A program made the position numbers and the translations under genes. Positions 63,306 to 64,000 of a stretch of 64,000 nucleotides of DNA are shown here, piece after piece. The first letter of the stretch is position 1, and every line of letters begins with the position of its first letter. The notes beneath the pieces are model-generated. The model saw nothing but the letters and a program-made list of their open reading frames with translations, had not been told where the DNA came from and did no database searches. Source of the DNA: Paraspadella gotoi (taxonomy: Eukaryota > Animalia > Chaetognatha); assembly GCA_051294375.1 (NCBI GenBank), contig CM119268.1, positions 20,130,531-20,194,530 on the forward strand, read 5' to 3'.

Positions 63306-64000
63306 AAAAATTAGTTTGAGTCAAAATTAAGATGAAATTAATATAAAATTAATATAATATAAACATTTTTAAAAGGAAATAAAATACAATTTAAAAAGAT
63401 AAATTCAAATGATAAATAAAAAGAATTAAAAAAAATAACATTGAAAATAAAAAATTGGGGAAAATTCAGGAAAGAGAAGAAATAAAAAACTTTGTCAAAA
63501 ATACTATAAATCAAAAAATATATATAAATTTGGTATCTATTGTCATTCAATAATTTTTTCAAAATTGAGAACAAAGTATTAAAAAGTATATAAAAACGAC
63601 TACATCAATCTGTAGCCAGGGTTGTTATAAAAAAAACCCACCCAAAAAAAACAACCAAAAAATCTGCTTTTTAGTGGGGTTTTTTGGGGTTTTTTTTAAA
63701 ATTAAAAGAAAAACATCGATTTGGGATACAGTGCTATTTTTTTTTATTAACACCATGCATTCAAACCATTTAGCTAGTTCCAGGGGCCCCCACTGGCCTC
63801 CTGGCCGCCCCCCGCCCGCTCTCCATAATTTTAGTTTTCGATTACCGACTTTCTGCCTTGAAAATTACTTTTTTCTGATGGATGGTATTCCTCAGTAACT
63901 TTTTGTAAAGTCTTTCTGTTATGGTAGGACTAAGCTCTGACGAAAAAAGTCAGAGGTTTTTTAATATATCTTTTGCACCGGTCTCTCCAATGTAGAATGA

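Overview
AT-rich, repeat-dense animal (eukaryotic) genomic DNA with one 10-N gap at 14866-14875. I read two spliced host genes that point away from each other. (1) An STPG2-like (sperm-tail PG-rich / SHIPPO-repeat) gene on the minus strand starts at ATG 44450, with exons traced down to about 11668 across kilobase introns full of transposons. (2) The 5' part of UBR5/hyd (EDD) E3 ubiquitin ligase on the plus strand starts at ATG 58464, has 11 exons with short introns, and continues beyond the traced exons. The rest is mostly nested mobile DNA: a decayed Gypsy pol, a Penelope-like element and its hairpin remnants carrying minimal hammerhead ribozyme motifs, four DINE-1/Helentron-like non-autonomous families, several TIR elements and 18-39 bp tandem repeats. 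The most notable system is a set of miniature LTR elements (TRIMs and solo LTRs) with 4-bp target-site duplications. Their LTRs embed a tRNA-sized cassette with A/B boxes and almost no T4 terminators, so they look like Pol III-driven LTR retroelements. Most ORF-track entries are spurious translations of repeats. All calls are by eye; no searches were run.
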